Source of the DNA: Tubulanus polymorphus
Taxonomy: Eukaryota > Animalia > Nemertea
Assembly (NCBI RefSeq): GCF_964204645.1
Contig: NC_134029.1
Location: 9,202,850-9,266,849 of the forward strand
Reading direction: 5' to 3'
DNA length: 64,000 nt
Shown: positions 1-21,397 of the stretch, in pieces
Position numbering within the stretch: the first letter of the stretch is position 1
How the letters are laid out: every line of letters starts with the position of its first letter
Notes under the pieces: model-generated
What the model was told of the DNA's origin: nothing
Database searches by the model: none
What the model saw: the letters and a program-made list of their open reading frames with translations, nothing else
Position numbers and translations under genes: made by a program

Positions 1-583
1 ACTCTGACGAATTAACGAAATCATTCGAAAATTATTGGAGCGAAAATTTTCAAATCCACAGTCATAATACTCGGCGACGTCAAGATTTACAAACACTTTC
101 TTACAATAGCCAAAGAAAAATATTTTCAGTAAAAATATCCGGCCCTTCACTTTGGAATAACATCTGTCACAGTCTAAAACAATCCGGAAAATTCAAAACT
201 GTTTATGTGAAATGATAGAAAACTACTTTGCTCTGAATGTTTACATTATATAGGTATCCTCTAATTCAAACTGAAATTATAATTATATGTTAAACATATG
301 CATCTGATCATTGAAGTATTACAGAAAACAACTGGTTTATTAAATGATTACATAGGTATCTCTTAATCAAACTGTTATCATAGTTAATTAAGTGTGCATT
401 TTTGTGTGTTGAGGGTTGACTTTGAGCGTATTTTTTATTACATTTTCTTCTTCACTTTTCTCTTTTGAGGGACCTTATTTATATAAACTATTACTTAGTT
501 TCTACAGACCCCTCCAAGTTGAATTTACTGTAATTTGCATTATGCTCTTGTACACTATGCTATAAATTATATAAATTAAAGCG

Positions 584-643
584 TTCATTCATTCATTCAT
601 TCATTCATTCATTCATTCATCCATTCATTCATTCATTCATTAT
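584..643. repeat. (TTCA)n microsatellite, probably the 3' tail of an old LINE
   Basis: About 14 TTCA units follow an AATTAAA motif. A similar AATAAA-(TCAT)n tail occurs at about 48568-48590. Confidence 0.85.
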
Positions 644-1521
644 TCAAGTATTTAGATCCTCACAGTTCTCCTGGGTGTTTTATGGCGGACACTTAATCTG
701 TTTTACACGGTTGCTGAATAAGTGTCATACGTAAAATTCCTGTTATGCACATGACGGCTATGAAAATTCAAGAACGGCACAATTGCCGCATTTTACCACC
801 ACTTCCTGGACGAAAATGTGCTCAAAGTGAGCATGTCTCCCAGTCGTTACCTTCCTTCAATTCACTGCAATAATAGTCTATATATTTCCGTCAAACTTCA
901 GTACTTCTGTGATATTTCATATGAACTATAAAGGAAAAGTGTTCATACGATACATTCGGCCTTGGGAAAAATAAATTTTGATATGGCGACGTCATAGATT
1001 ACATGTAAAACAGACCGGATCGGTTTCTACCTTATACGTAAAAGTCTTATTCGTTAAGTTCATACTTCATACGAGCAATCATCTCAACTGAGGTCGTCGA
1101 TATTTCAAACTCATTTTAGTAGGCCTTCCCTTAAAAAGGATCGTGGTATGAATCTAACGATCCAAAGCGTGCATTCAATCAGAATCAAGATAGTTGATAC
1201 CGTAAAAACATTATATATGAATGATTTTATGACCCTTTGTTCTAGTGTTCCATTTATTTTTGCATTATGCATTGCAGAATTTCCATTGGATATTTGTTTG
1301 AGTCAATTTTTTATCATGTACTATACTTCTTCAAAAAGAGCATTCTTCTCACGGAAAAAGAAGCGACTGTAAGATATCCGATTTCGAGACTAAAATGTTC
1401 GCAGATTTCTCCATCGCTACAGTCTCTTTATGATGGAAGGACAAAGTAATCCATTTTATTCCAAACTCTTTCTTATGGGGTTGTACATTTGTCTTTTATA
1501 CATCTTCCTTGTCTTTTTGCT

Positions 1522-4383
1522 TCAGTCTTCGCTAGTGCTATAAAGATAGTCTATCGAACCGTCCCACGGCGTCAAAACAGCTAGAACCCGACCAGCAGAC
1601 GAGCCATGTCTGTTCTTAGCCAAACACATATAATACCACGTCCACTCTCCTGCATCCCTTTCGTTCACATTCATGATCTTCAACGTGTATGTAATCAGAT
1701 TATCAGGTCCGGCCGTATTCGTAATACTCATTCGTTTATCTTTTTCGACGGCGATCGGAATCATCTTCAATTTGTTCCAGTTTTTTACCTCTAAGTCTGG
1801 ATAACCGTATATTTTGAAAAACTCGATTGTCGGGCTGTCCGTGTTTTTGACCGTACACGGAAACTCAATCTGAAAGATGAGTGAAAATCTGAACGGTTAA
1901 AATGATAATCATTGACATTCAGACACTCCGAAATTGCTTTCTTTTGTTAGTATGTTGGGATCTATTTTCTGATATCATTCTCGTTTTTTTTCAAATTCAT
2001 ACATCAGTATGCGCATTTGAATAAAACACTTAGATGCTACTTTACACAGGTCGCCTTTAAATTTCTTTCCCTCCCTCTCCATCAACAACACTATCCCTCT
2101 TGATTCGACTATACAGTATATTAAACATATAACATTAGTTAAGTAATTGTCATCTTAGTGACATCAAAAGGCGTTTTCATCTTTCTCCAGATTGGGGCAA
2201 AGTGATAATAACTTACCTCTTCAATTTCAGGACTCAAGACTATCGAATCGTCTGCCTTTTCTAAGATTTTCACTGCGCTAAACGGAAACACGGAGAATTC
2301 TACGTAGGCACTTGCACTGCGGTACCCGGCATCAATACGGTATTTAGTACCGTCAACGAATCCTACAAAATTCGCCACAGTCGAATAGCCATCTTGGTGT
2401 ATTACTTGGTCCAGTTTTACTTGTTTTTCTGTTCCGTCTTGCGCCAGTTGCATGAGCCGTACGTACGCCTGTGGATAAGCAGTTACCTCGAAAATCACCA
2501 TGTCATTTTCGCCTTCCAGCAACGCTAAAGTTTTTGACCCATGATTATCAACGAGGCGAGAGCCGGAAGCTGACGAGACGGTAATATTCGTAATGCGACC
2601 GAAGTCCGATCTCCTGACAAGTGAACTGCACATCCTAGAATGCATATGATGTCCTTTCGTATAGTATTCGGGTACTTCCTTTGGTACCAAGCAATACGTC
2701 CCTAAATCACTCTTTTTTGGCGGATTCTCCATCAAAGCCGTATTGCGTCGTTTGTACGTCTTGGTTTGGTCAGGTAGTTGTAAAACTCGGCCACTTTCTG
2801 TCTGATTCGCTTCGGCTGGGTATGCAACGTATTCTCCATCGACCTTTCGTCGCCAAGCGTAGGCCGCCTCGAGATTCGTACCTGAACCCCAAGGAGAAAC
2901 TATCACCAATGAACGCAGGGTTAGGAGACCATCTTCGATAAACTGGACCCTTGGTGAAACGGTATAGGCTACTGGGAAACGGGCGAAACTAACGGCTGCA
3001 GGTGCTACTTCTGTCGTCGGAAAAATAAGCTCATGAACATAATCGTTGCAGTGGCCAGTAAGGGTGATTTCTAGCTTGTACGTAGATCTCGATTCGTATT
3101 TAGGCGGCACAGTAAGTGTTAGATTGGTGGCAAGTTTTGTCCCTCGATCTATAGTAACTCCTGATAATACAAAAAAACAATAAGATTTTAGCCAAAACAA
3201 TATCAGATGGAAGCGGACATATTATTTTGTCAGGTTGTTCACTTCGATCTTTCATTTGCTATGCATGTTTTAAGAACCAGTAGTGTACTACTCAGTTCCA
3301 CCAAGGACTCTAAAAACGGAGCCGGTATTTTCGTTCCATGTCATTTCGTCTTAAAGAGTCCATGATTCCACCTAAGTAACTTTATAGCAGTATCCACAGA
3401 AATAGGGAATAACGGAGAGGTCTATCAGTCGAAATGACTATTTGTATATTTCTGTAATTACGAAATCTGAATTCAAATATCTCACGATCAGTTCTCTCAG
3501 TCTTTACCTTCGACTTGAAGTGTGTAGAAGTTATGGTTTGCTAGTTTCACGAGCCATCGTGTGTGTACGCGTCGTTCAGTAGTGATGTGGACTTGAATGG
3601 TAACCGTTTTATCATTCAGAAAGCTCGGAATATTAGCGGTAAAATGTCCTGGGTATCCACCCTCGTAACACAGTCTCGGTCGTTCGCCGACTCTTTTCTC
3701 ATTGCGAACCGCCTACAAACAAAATGAAGCAGGCAAAATGATTGAATGAATAAACAAAGGACGCAATCTATCAAAAATGGCGTCTGCAACAAAATTATCC
3801 TATTTCATCTGAATAACTATAGTAGTAAGAATACCTAGATATGGTGGTTCGTGACTCTTCATATAATCTCGCATGTAATCTCTAGAACCAGGGATCAAAT
3901 GAGACTAACGTTAACTCTAAATTGAGTGTCCTGAGAAAAATGATCGACTTTTTGAAAGAGATTTTCCCAGCGATGGATAAACCGATTTCATTGAAAAACA
4001 TCACAAAATAACCTCGTTCGAAATGTAACGGGAGAATAGATCAAAATATGTAAGAGATTGGTCGCGAATTATTTATTTCAAGAGTATTTTCAAAATCAAA
4101 ACAATAGAAGTTTATGCAATATCAAATATAATCATATTGCATTTCTATGAATTGTATGTACATAGTTATATAGTTCAGCTGATAGGTATGCATCGAGGAA
4201 CCAACCCCAAAATATAAATCTTGAATACAATTTTTATCGAAATCTCTATTTTCGATAAATTTGTTTTTTTTCTATTTATAATATGCAACTTCTATCTTCT
4301 TGTAAACCTTTAAACTGTTTCTATTTTACCTGGATTGTGACGAGAAGTCCGACCAAAGCACTGAATATCGTAGCGACGTGCAT
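1522..4383 (-). CDS. Secreted Ig-superfamily protein, about 516 aa, 4 exons
   Basis: Exons 4383-4330, 3712-3508, 3160-2217 and 1869-1522, all GT-AG and phase-consistent (0,1,0). Exon 1 encodes signal-peptide-like MHVATIFSALVGLLVTIQ. The last exon is an I-set-like Ig domain (IEFPCTV...YTLKIMNVNERDAGEWTWYYMCLAKNRHGS). Exon 3 has a further Ig-like motif (YAWRR...KSDLGTYCL). No transmembrane segment precedes the TGA. Confidence 0.75.
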
Positions 4384-7300
4384 TTTACCGAACTTCAGTA
4401 CTAGACTTAAAGCCGGGTAGTTCGTTTAATATCAATGAGTTCTCGGGAAATTGGTCGACAAATTGCATGGAAATCGACAGTCACGACAAAAATATCTAGT
4501 TCAATGGGCCTGTGACGTTATCAGTCTGAAACTAGATGTTCCTGTTATGTGTTATCATTTCTATTACACATTGCGATGATGATACATGCATTAACCGCGG
4601 TATTTTGTATTTAGATATCTAATTATATAAACGCATCAAAAAACAATGCGATGATCTGTATACATGGCCATACATGTACCATTAACCATATACGACATGT
4701 ACCATTAACCATATACGAGTTTTTCATCACGGCGACTAATGTGTTTGTTGTCTGTATTGTAATTCCTCATTAGATTTATGATTCGTGGAATCAAGGACTT
4801 TTTGTTTTAGATACTATGGTTGAATTCAAGAAATTTCTTATCAGTGTTTGGAGAATTCAAGAAATTACTTATCAGTGTTCAGAGAAGTAAAGTTTTTTAT
4901 CAGCTTTTTTGTATGTATGACCAATTGACTTCTAACGATGGAAATATTTCAACAAATTCCTGTGAGTCCGCAACCAAAACAACGACAAAATTTATATTAT
5001 ATACATACAAAAATATGTACGGGACTTTTAAATATGAATACGTTACGGCAAAAATCTGATGAAGTCTGTTGAGCACAGCGTCCTGAAGACACACAATGAA
5101 TTTGTCTCACCTTTCGTGCACGTTTTTACAACTATACAAGGATGGGGAACCTCCAACCTCCTGTGGCAATCGAGGATTCCACTTATAGCAGGCGAGGATC
5201 CACCAGGTTCGCTAGCAGTTACTCGGTCTTATTTATCAAAGATGATTTAGATATTTATAGATCCCTCCTGTGGTCTGTTTTTAGTGTATTGTAAATAGAA
5301 AATGTATTATGTATTAAAGGCCTTTAAAGCTCGTGATGTTTTTAAAATGTTTTCATTATTCTCTAGATATATGTTAACATTTGTAAACAAAATTATTTTA
5401 CCCTCCACTTACCATGGAAATGGTAAGAGAGTGATAATCTTGTCTCATTTTCTGCATTCAGTTTCTTTTACATTTCAGTTAAAACCGAATAAACTTTTTC
5501 TTCAATAAATCTACTATTTATGAAAACTATACCGATATCTGAGTAGAAAATTGAATCTGATGTAGATTTGGTAGGTCCTGTGATAATGTTTCGACTCGGG
5601 AGCCTAAAAGTTCAGTTCAAAGTTCATTGATATGATATAATGAACTGAATTTGGCGACGAGATAAGATAAGATAAGATATTTATTTCACTCCAACCATAA
5701 GAATGGTACGTGGAGGCAAGATTGAATACAAAATATGAAATATAAAAATTAACAAAACATGAACAGAATTATATACATATATACATATAGACAAAACAAA
5801 ATAGGAGTTAACAAAATTTGACTGAATGCCCGTCACGCCATCTGGTGGGATAGCTGGGGTTACGGTTTTCCCTAATCGGCAGCTGAAAATCTACGTTTCT
5901 CGTAATTTTTTTAATGCAAAATCCATAGTCAAATAGCTTTCGAATTTAATACAACACACTCGTTAATTTAGATATTAGCGTATAGAACTTGTGACGAATG
6001 AGCGTAGTTGACAAACAAACCGAGACCTTGTGTCACCTTATGATAATGCTGTTAAACCCGATTTAATTTCACAAGACTAATACATAAACGTTTAGTTAGA
6101 ACAAATATCGCCGGAAAGTAAATATCGGCGGGACTTAAGAGGAATGGCTCCACTATACGTGACAATAGCTCGTTGGCTGTAGGCTAATGTTGATTCGTTA
6201 TAGTTGCAACATTAAGAACAAATGTTGGGCTGTGAATTCTGGAAGGTGAACTCGCCGAAAGTTAGTAAGCAATGTTCCGAATGGTAAACAAACTAATATC
6301 TATTGTAACCGTTTCGAACGCCGGTGATAACCGATTGCGTTCCGGTCGTCGTACGTGGCGAGGCGGCGAAATCGACCCAGCCGTGGCCGGTAGAGTTGCG
6401 GAAGTGTACGCACGCACCGGATAACAAATAGCGGATACAGGATATGCGTAATGCGCAGTGATGTTTTATTCAATTAAACCGAATCGATGCTGACCAATAA
6501 ACCCATTTAGGAGTAATCGGAGAATCAATGACTAAAGTCCTTTATGAAATGGCCACAATTCTATTTGCCATATTTCCTCCGATTTGGTAAACCTAGATTC
6601 CCAAATATTCTATCTACCTCACAATTTGAATAGCCAATAGATTTTATCTTATTTCATATGTTCTACCTTAAATCAATCAGAGAAAGGCTAAATATATTTC
6701 TAACAAGTCCATTTTATTCGATATTGTCTATAGCTGTCATCTTAAGCAAGACTAGTAGATATTCGTGTGGTATGTAAGTGTGGTGGAGTAATAAGGGGTC
6801 AGACGCTCAATAGTTGGTTTAGGTATACCATAGCATGTCAGGTTGGCTGGAAATAGATTTTGTGCTATTAGTGAGCCACATTGACTGTCTTGGTACTGTT
6901 GGAAAGACAACATCTTGGTGCTTCGGACGATGGGTGTTTTCACCCTGACAACAGGTGCCGTGTTGCAATAATCGGTTGTCAAGGTGACGATGGTGCTTTT
7001 CTCTTCTCGGTTTACCTTATTTCTAAGCATCGACAAAATAAGCAAGAACTCGTGATATGTTCTAACTCGCTAGAACTATGATATGTAGCCTTGAAATTTC
7101 AAAACTACAAATTATTTCAGTGATTCTGTTAGATAGATTATTCCTGCGAAATTAACCCTGAATACTAGGATAACTTTGCATAGATCAAGTGAGTCTTCCA
7201 TGTTTTCTACCATAACTCTGCAACCGATCAAGGTAGGACTCAAGTTTTTATGTATATTCCTATGTTTTCCCATGAGGGCGACCTGTCATTTGGAATAGGA

Positions 7301-7602
7301 TTCCCCGGCATCAGACTTCGTTTAAGTATGAAAACTAAGATTGAGTATTCTTGCTTTCACTATTCACATCTCAATATATTCATAAAATAGATACCATAGT
7401 AACAATGCTATCAGAATTCACCCTCCGCCAAGACTTCATTTTCCCCAGATTTCATTCTCAAAAATCCATCGGTGAGAAACGAAGCACAAAGTAGTTTCTT
7501 TTACTAAAATCGGTTCATTTCCGATCGTTCAAATCGAAAGAACAGCACCACAAGGAAATTCGAAAAACTACAGACTCTTATATCTGCATTCATATAACAG
7601 AA

Positions 7603-7608
7603 TTTATT
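7603..7608 (-). other. Candidate polyadenylation signal (AATAAA) of PRDM14
   Basis: TTTATT on the plus strand, about 300 nt past the PRDM14 stop, after an AT-rich 3'UTR. Confidence 0.4.
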
Positions 7609-7909
7609 AATACGATTTATCATCATGTTTTAATCTTTAGTTATTACAGCGTGGCAGAAAAGAGAAACTATGAACCCACCCAGAAAGATTGTCATGTCAG
7701 TTTTATATACTATACATCTTATATATTGCACACACAAAAACGAGTAATTTGTCGTCTTTTTACAATTCCAGAAAAGTTGAACTTTTCCGTTTAGAATAAA
7801 TACATACATTATATATATATATATACATATATATTTTTATTAGACATCTGTGTTGACTTTTGTTTTGGCAGCAATCTTTATTTGTTTAACATCACGAAAG
7901 AGATTTTAT

Positions 7910-17131
<9,222 letters not shown>

Positions 17132-17199
17132 GTTTGTTGTCCAGAATATTTGAAGGGCCCACTTTTGTCATGTGACTATCCAAATTGAAACTAATCTTT

Positions 17200-17280
17200 A
17201 AGTTTACATTAGTTGCACTTAAATGGTCTCTTTTCTAGAGAAATGTCTTGCGTACGCATGCGCAGAACCGCCCCTCGGCT
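17200..17280 (-). promoter_or_regulatory. Putative PRDM14 proximal promoter (NRF1-like motif plus GC box)
   Basis: ACGCATGCGCA (17254-17264) and CCGCCCC (17268-17274) lie about 120-140 nt upstream of the predicted ATG. Confidence 0.4.
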
Positions 17281-18244
17281 AATATCGTCTGCAAAGTTCG
17301 ATTATATTCCATCAGGCCGTAATTGTAACCGGGAAACCGAGTGTAAATATTTCCAAAACTTTAAGTATTGTCAAAGAGATGGATGCTTTGACGAGGGATC
17401 ATTGACGCAGGTGACAGCTTATTGGACGTAAATTGCAATCTAATAGAGTCCGATCGGATACAAATACTCTTTTCAAGTCAGTTCCCTATTCAATTAAAGC
17501 AATCCCAATGACGGACAGGCAATGAATACGGGGCCGATCCTGGAGTGACTGAGGGGTTTAATCGTCATGAATTAAACCTCAGAAAACTTCCAATGCTCTA
17601 AAAGAAACCATAAGGATTCGGTCTTTGTTAAATTGATGGGATTTTAATGGAAGAATTCGTTGCCCGGTTCACCATTGAGCATAAGACTGAAACTGGTCTG
17701 CGAGGGGCGTACTATATACCGTCAAAGCTATACGCTCAGGCAATAATTGCTTTCTTTTTAACCGTCGCTAAAATCCCATCTAACACCTTAATATCAATGT
17801 GTCGAGTCCACTTCGGATGAAAAGATTTCCAAATTTCAAATGGCCACGGACATAATAAAATTTTCTATGCAGCTTTTATTTCTTTGGATGATACTTTTAT
17901 TTCTTTGAAACGAACTCAACATTTCGCTGGTTAGTAACTGATAGCCAATTGAATTTCAAAACCTCAAAATGTTACAAACTGGGCATAGCGCGTTCATAAT
18001 ATCTGAAAGGATGAATTATTTCGCGTCACACGTTTCGTCGGCTGTTTCTCTCTCTATCCAAAACACAACAGATTTGACTACGAACTTTTATTGATTCTAT
18101 ATCATATGTAAAACCTAGGCATTTCGCACATTAATAGGCCACGATGTTTGAACTTGATAAACCCATCTTTCTTTCCCCAGTGTATTACTGTTGGGTAATT
18201 AATTAATGCTGAACGTGATTCGTCGATGCCCATAAGCATGATTA

Positions 18245-18523
18245 CAGGCCCATGCCGAGCTTTTTTGAGGGGCAGTTCTATTTCAAGAAAAAGGGCGCTT
18301 TTTCATCGTCAAAATGGGCACTTTCCTATTGAAAAATCAGATCTCAATATATGTACCTGAATGAATCATTTCAGAATGGATTACTTTTCATTTCCAAAAA
18401 AATCGTGAAAATTATATCCACACTTCAAAAAATCTTGACCCGAATTTTTTACACTGACTTTTTGAAAGGCACACTTTTAGGGGGTTCGTTCGCTTCCCTC
18501 GAAGCCCCCTTGGTGCGGGCATG
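18245..18523. mobile_element. MITE of about 280 bp with 5-bp target-site duplication
   Basis: Ends CAGGCCCATGCC ... GGTGCGGGCATG form an imperfect inverted pair, with GATTA on both sides (18240-18244 and 18524-18528). Confidence 0.6.
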
Positions 18524-21385
18524 GATTACGACATAGCTTAAGTTAGTATCTTTGTTTCAATTGCTTTAACGAATATGAACGTGTAGATCGAATAAAGTAA
18601 ACTAGTCGATTTTACTTCAAAAAACAACGTTATTTGCATGAAGTCTTTATGTTTCTGTAGATGAGAATGACTGTAATTTACGGAAAGTGATTGACAGACA
18701 TTCATCGAGATGAGCAAAGATTCACGTCACTTCTGGGAGGAGTTGACAATCATTTATGCATCATCGGTCGTGAATGGTTTCAATTGCATTTTGTCAGCTT
18801 GAGTGCCACTTAATTAGGGCTATCAATGTCGTTTCGGGGTTTTTGTTCACTTGTAAGAAAGTGCAAAGTGTCGTCGCGAAACCGGAATCACCCGTTAGAA
18901 TTGACGAAAATCCGTTGACTTTAATGCAATTAACTATTGGACCGTTCTGTTCGTTATCGGGTTTTTGTTTTTGAATACGTTGTTGGCCAGTTTTAAAGAC
19001 TGGGTGTAGAAATTAGAATATTTTAAAAAAATCGCCGTGACAAATGAGAAATAATCGAATATCGAATATTGTAGCGAATTTAGAAAGAACACATTATTTA
19101 ATCTTAATACCATGCAGTTTTTAGAATTGAAACCGAGTAGGGAATTGATATTTCAGAGGCAGACCTAGACCAGGGTCTGAAAGAAAAAAGATGAATTCTC
19201 CATATGAAGATGCTACTATTGCGGAGGAAGGCCATATCATCTTGAAGGAGAATTGTCCACCGACCTATACGAACATAGAAATTCAAATTCTTTTTTTTTT
19301 AAATGGAGTCCCAAATTCCATCCTTTTCACTCCTCATAATAAAAAAACCAAAATGCGTTGGTGCCAACGCTGAACTTTGATACACAATTCCACAAAAGTT
19401 TGAATTAGAATTTCCTGAAAAGTTAATCGGACTTATTCATGAATTTGAAAATGATTACTGAATATGAATTCAATCTAACTTTTACTTTCGTTCTAGATAC
19501 AACGAGACAGGTGCACACGGCTCCTCTACGAATCTTTTGTTTTTTATATATCTATGAACGAAAAGTGGTAATTTTGTGCTATCAATGCTATCTATCTTTC
19601 TTATTTGTCGATAAGTTCTTATTTCGTCATTCAAGCAATTGATTTTCGCATATATCGATTTCTGTACGGAAGCGTCTAGGAGACTAATGAAAAAGATAAT
19701 AATTTGATTTCATAATCGGATATAACTTGTTAGAAACTCGATTTAACAATTGAAATTATTTTTTCCAAATTTCAGACTCAGAATTTAATCTTTATTACAT
19801 TGAGTCATGAATATATCCATTCCAAAGCATGGCGCACTGCCGTCCTGGGGCCATCTTAGAAAATTACCAACATTTCTCGAATTGAAAAAAAGATGAACGT
19901 ACGATTATCATTTACTTTAGATGCATTTTTATTAGCCGAATACGTTTATGAAATTTAGTTTCATTCATTTGACAACATTCATTTTCTACACAATATGACA
20001 TAAACATCTTTATATAACGTTTTTTAAATCTCTTATCGCATCAAATAGATTTTCTCTTTTCAACAGTTTGAAATTTCAAGGCAATTTAGGAACAAAAATA
20101 GATCTTTCGCTAAACATATCATCGAAATGAAGATCTCATGTTTCGATTTTTGTTCAACTCGTTAGAATCTGAGTAAGAGGGACTTGGAGTGAGGCTCCTG
20201 TCGAGAGTCGCAGAGGCGTGCTTCCCGCGTATATAAAATCGCGTTTATTCCAAAGTTTAGATGCCATAAAAGTTGAAGGAAACTAAAATTCCCCATAGGA
20301 TAAACGTGTACGATTACCCTTTTCCGTAATCTCTCTCGCTCCCCAGGCACTAATTAGAAAATCATCACTTGTCGTCTTTCATTTACCGTAACGCAATTAG
20401 ATTACCAAAGATCGTCGTCGATAGTCGCCGTAGATCGCCTTATGTCAGCCACCGAGGGACGACTATCTCTGATAATGAAAGTGTATTACTGTAATTGACA
20501 AATCTTCCAATTTCTCGCATTCGACGTGACCAATTTTCGATTGCGAGACGCGATTGTGTTAAATGCATCTAAAATGAGGGGTTGCTTGCTCGGGACGGCA
20601 TTTTGATACATATCGTTGAGGTAATTCAATTGACCAGCCCAGTGCAGTCTTTAATTCGATATCTGATATAGAGAATCGTATGGCATTATGTAAAGCCGTC
20701 TGCCATAAGTCCATTCGTCTGTTCAAGCAGTCAACGTGTACTTTTAAAAAGTTCTTCTATCTAGATATATCAGCTGAAACGTATTGATTTTTTTCACAGA
20801 TATGAACATCATTCTTATAGAATGAAGTTATGAATATTCCACTGGAGGCCTAATCCAAAAAGTATTACGAAATAAATAGAGATTACGTCATCTTCGACGG
20901 ACGTATTTCGAGGTTTTCAAAGTTAACGTCATGAAAATGTTATCGTAAAAAATTATTAGGTCCATTTCTATACCTTTCACCACCTTGCTCTAACACCCAT
21001 GTGTCGACATTATTTATTTTACACCTTTCCTCGGTGTGAATTACTTAGGAAAAGTAATTTTCAATATTCCCTAGCCACAGCCAGTCAGGCAGGTGTCGTT
21101 TCTGGGGATATAACCCTTTTTGTGTTTCGAAGTTTCCAACCAACATAATATTCTACTTCCTATTCTAACGAGCGCGAGCCCCCGGGGCGAGTGTTTTCAG
21201 ATTTCATCTAGTAACGTCACCTTTCGAGTGTTTTTAAGATACACACTACTTAAACGTCTTTTCGATTTCGCGTTACTTTTCCGTGTAATCGTTTGGATAA
21301 GGTAATGGATTGCTTTTGCCAAAACAAATTGGTTAAGATAAATAACACCCGTTTTGCGCACACGCTAGTTTAGCTTGGTGGACTA

Positions 21386-21397
21386 TGCGCATGCGCA
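21386..21397. promoter_or_regulatory. Perfect NRF1/EWG palindrome TGCGCATGCGCA
   Basis: Exact 12-bp consensus in the PRDM14-CREB3L intergenic region. A CRE-like TGACGTCG lies about 50 nt downstream. Confidence 0.4.

Noticed and set aside
4673-4718. Tandem duplication of about 23 bp (CATGTACCATTAACCATATACGA)
   Set aside because: A simple two-copy slippage duplication with no evidence of function.
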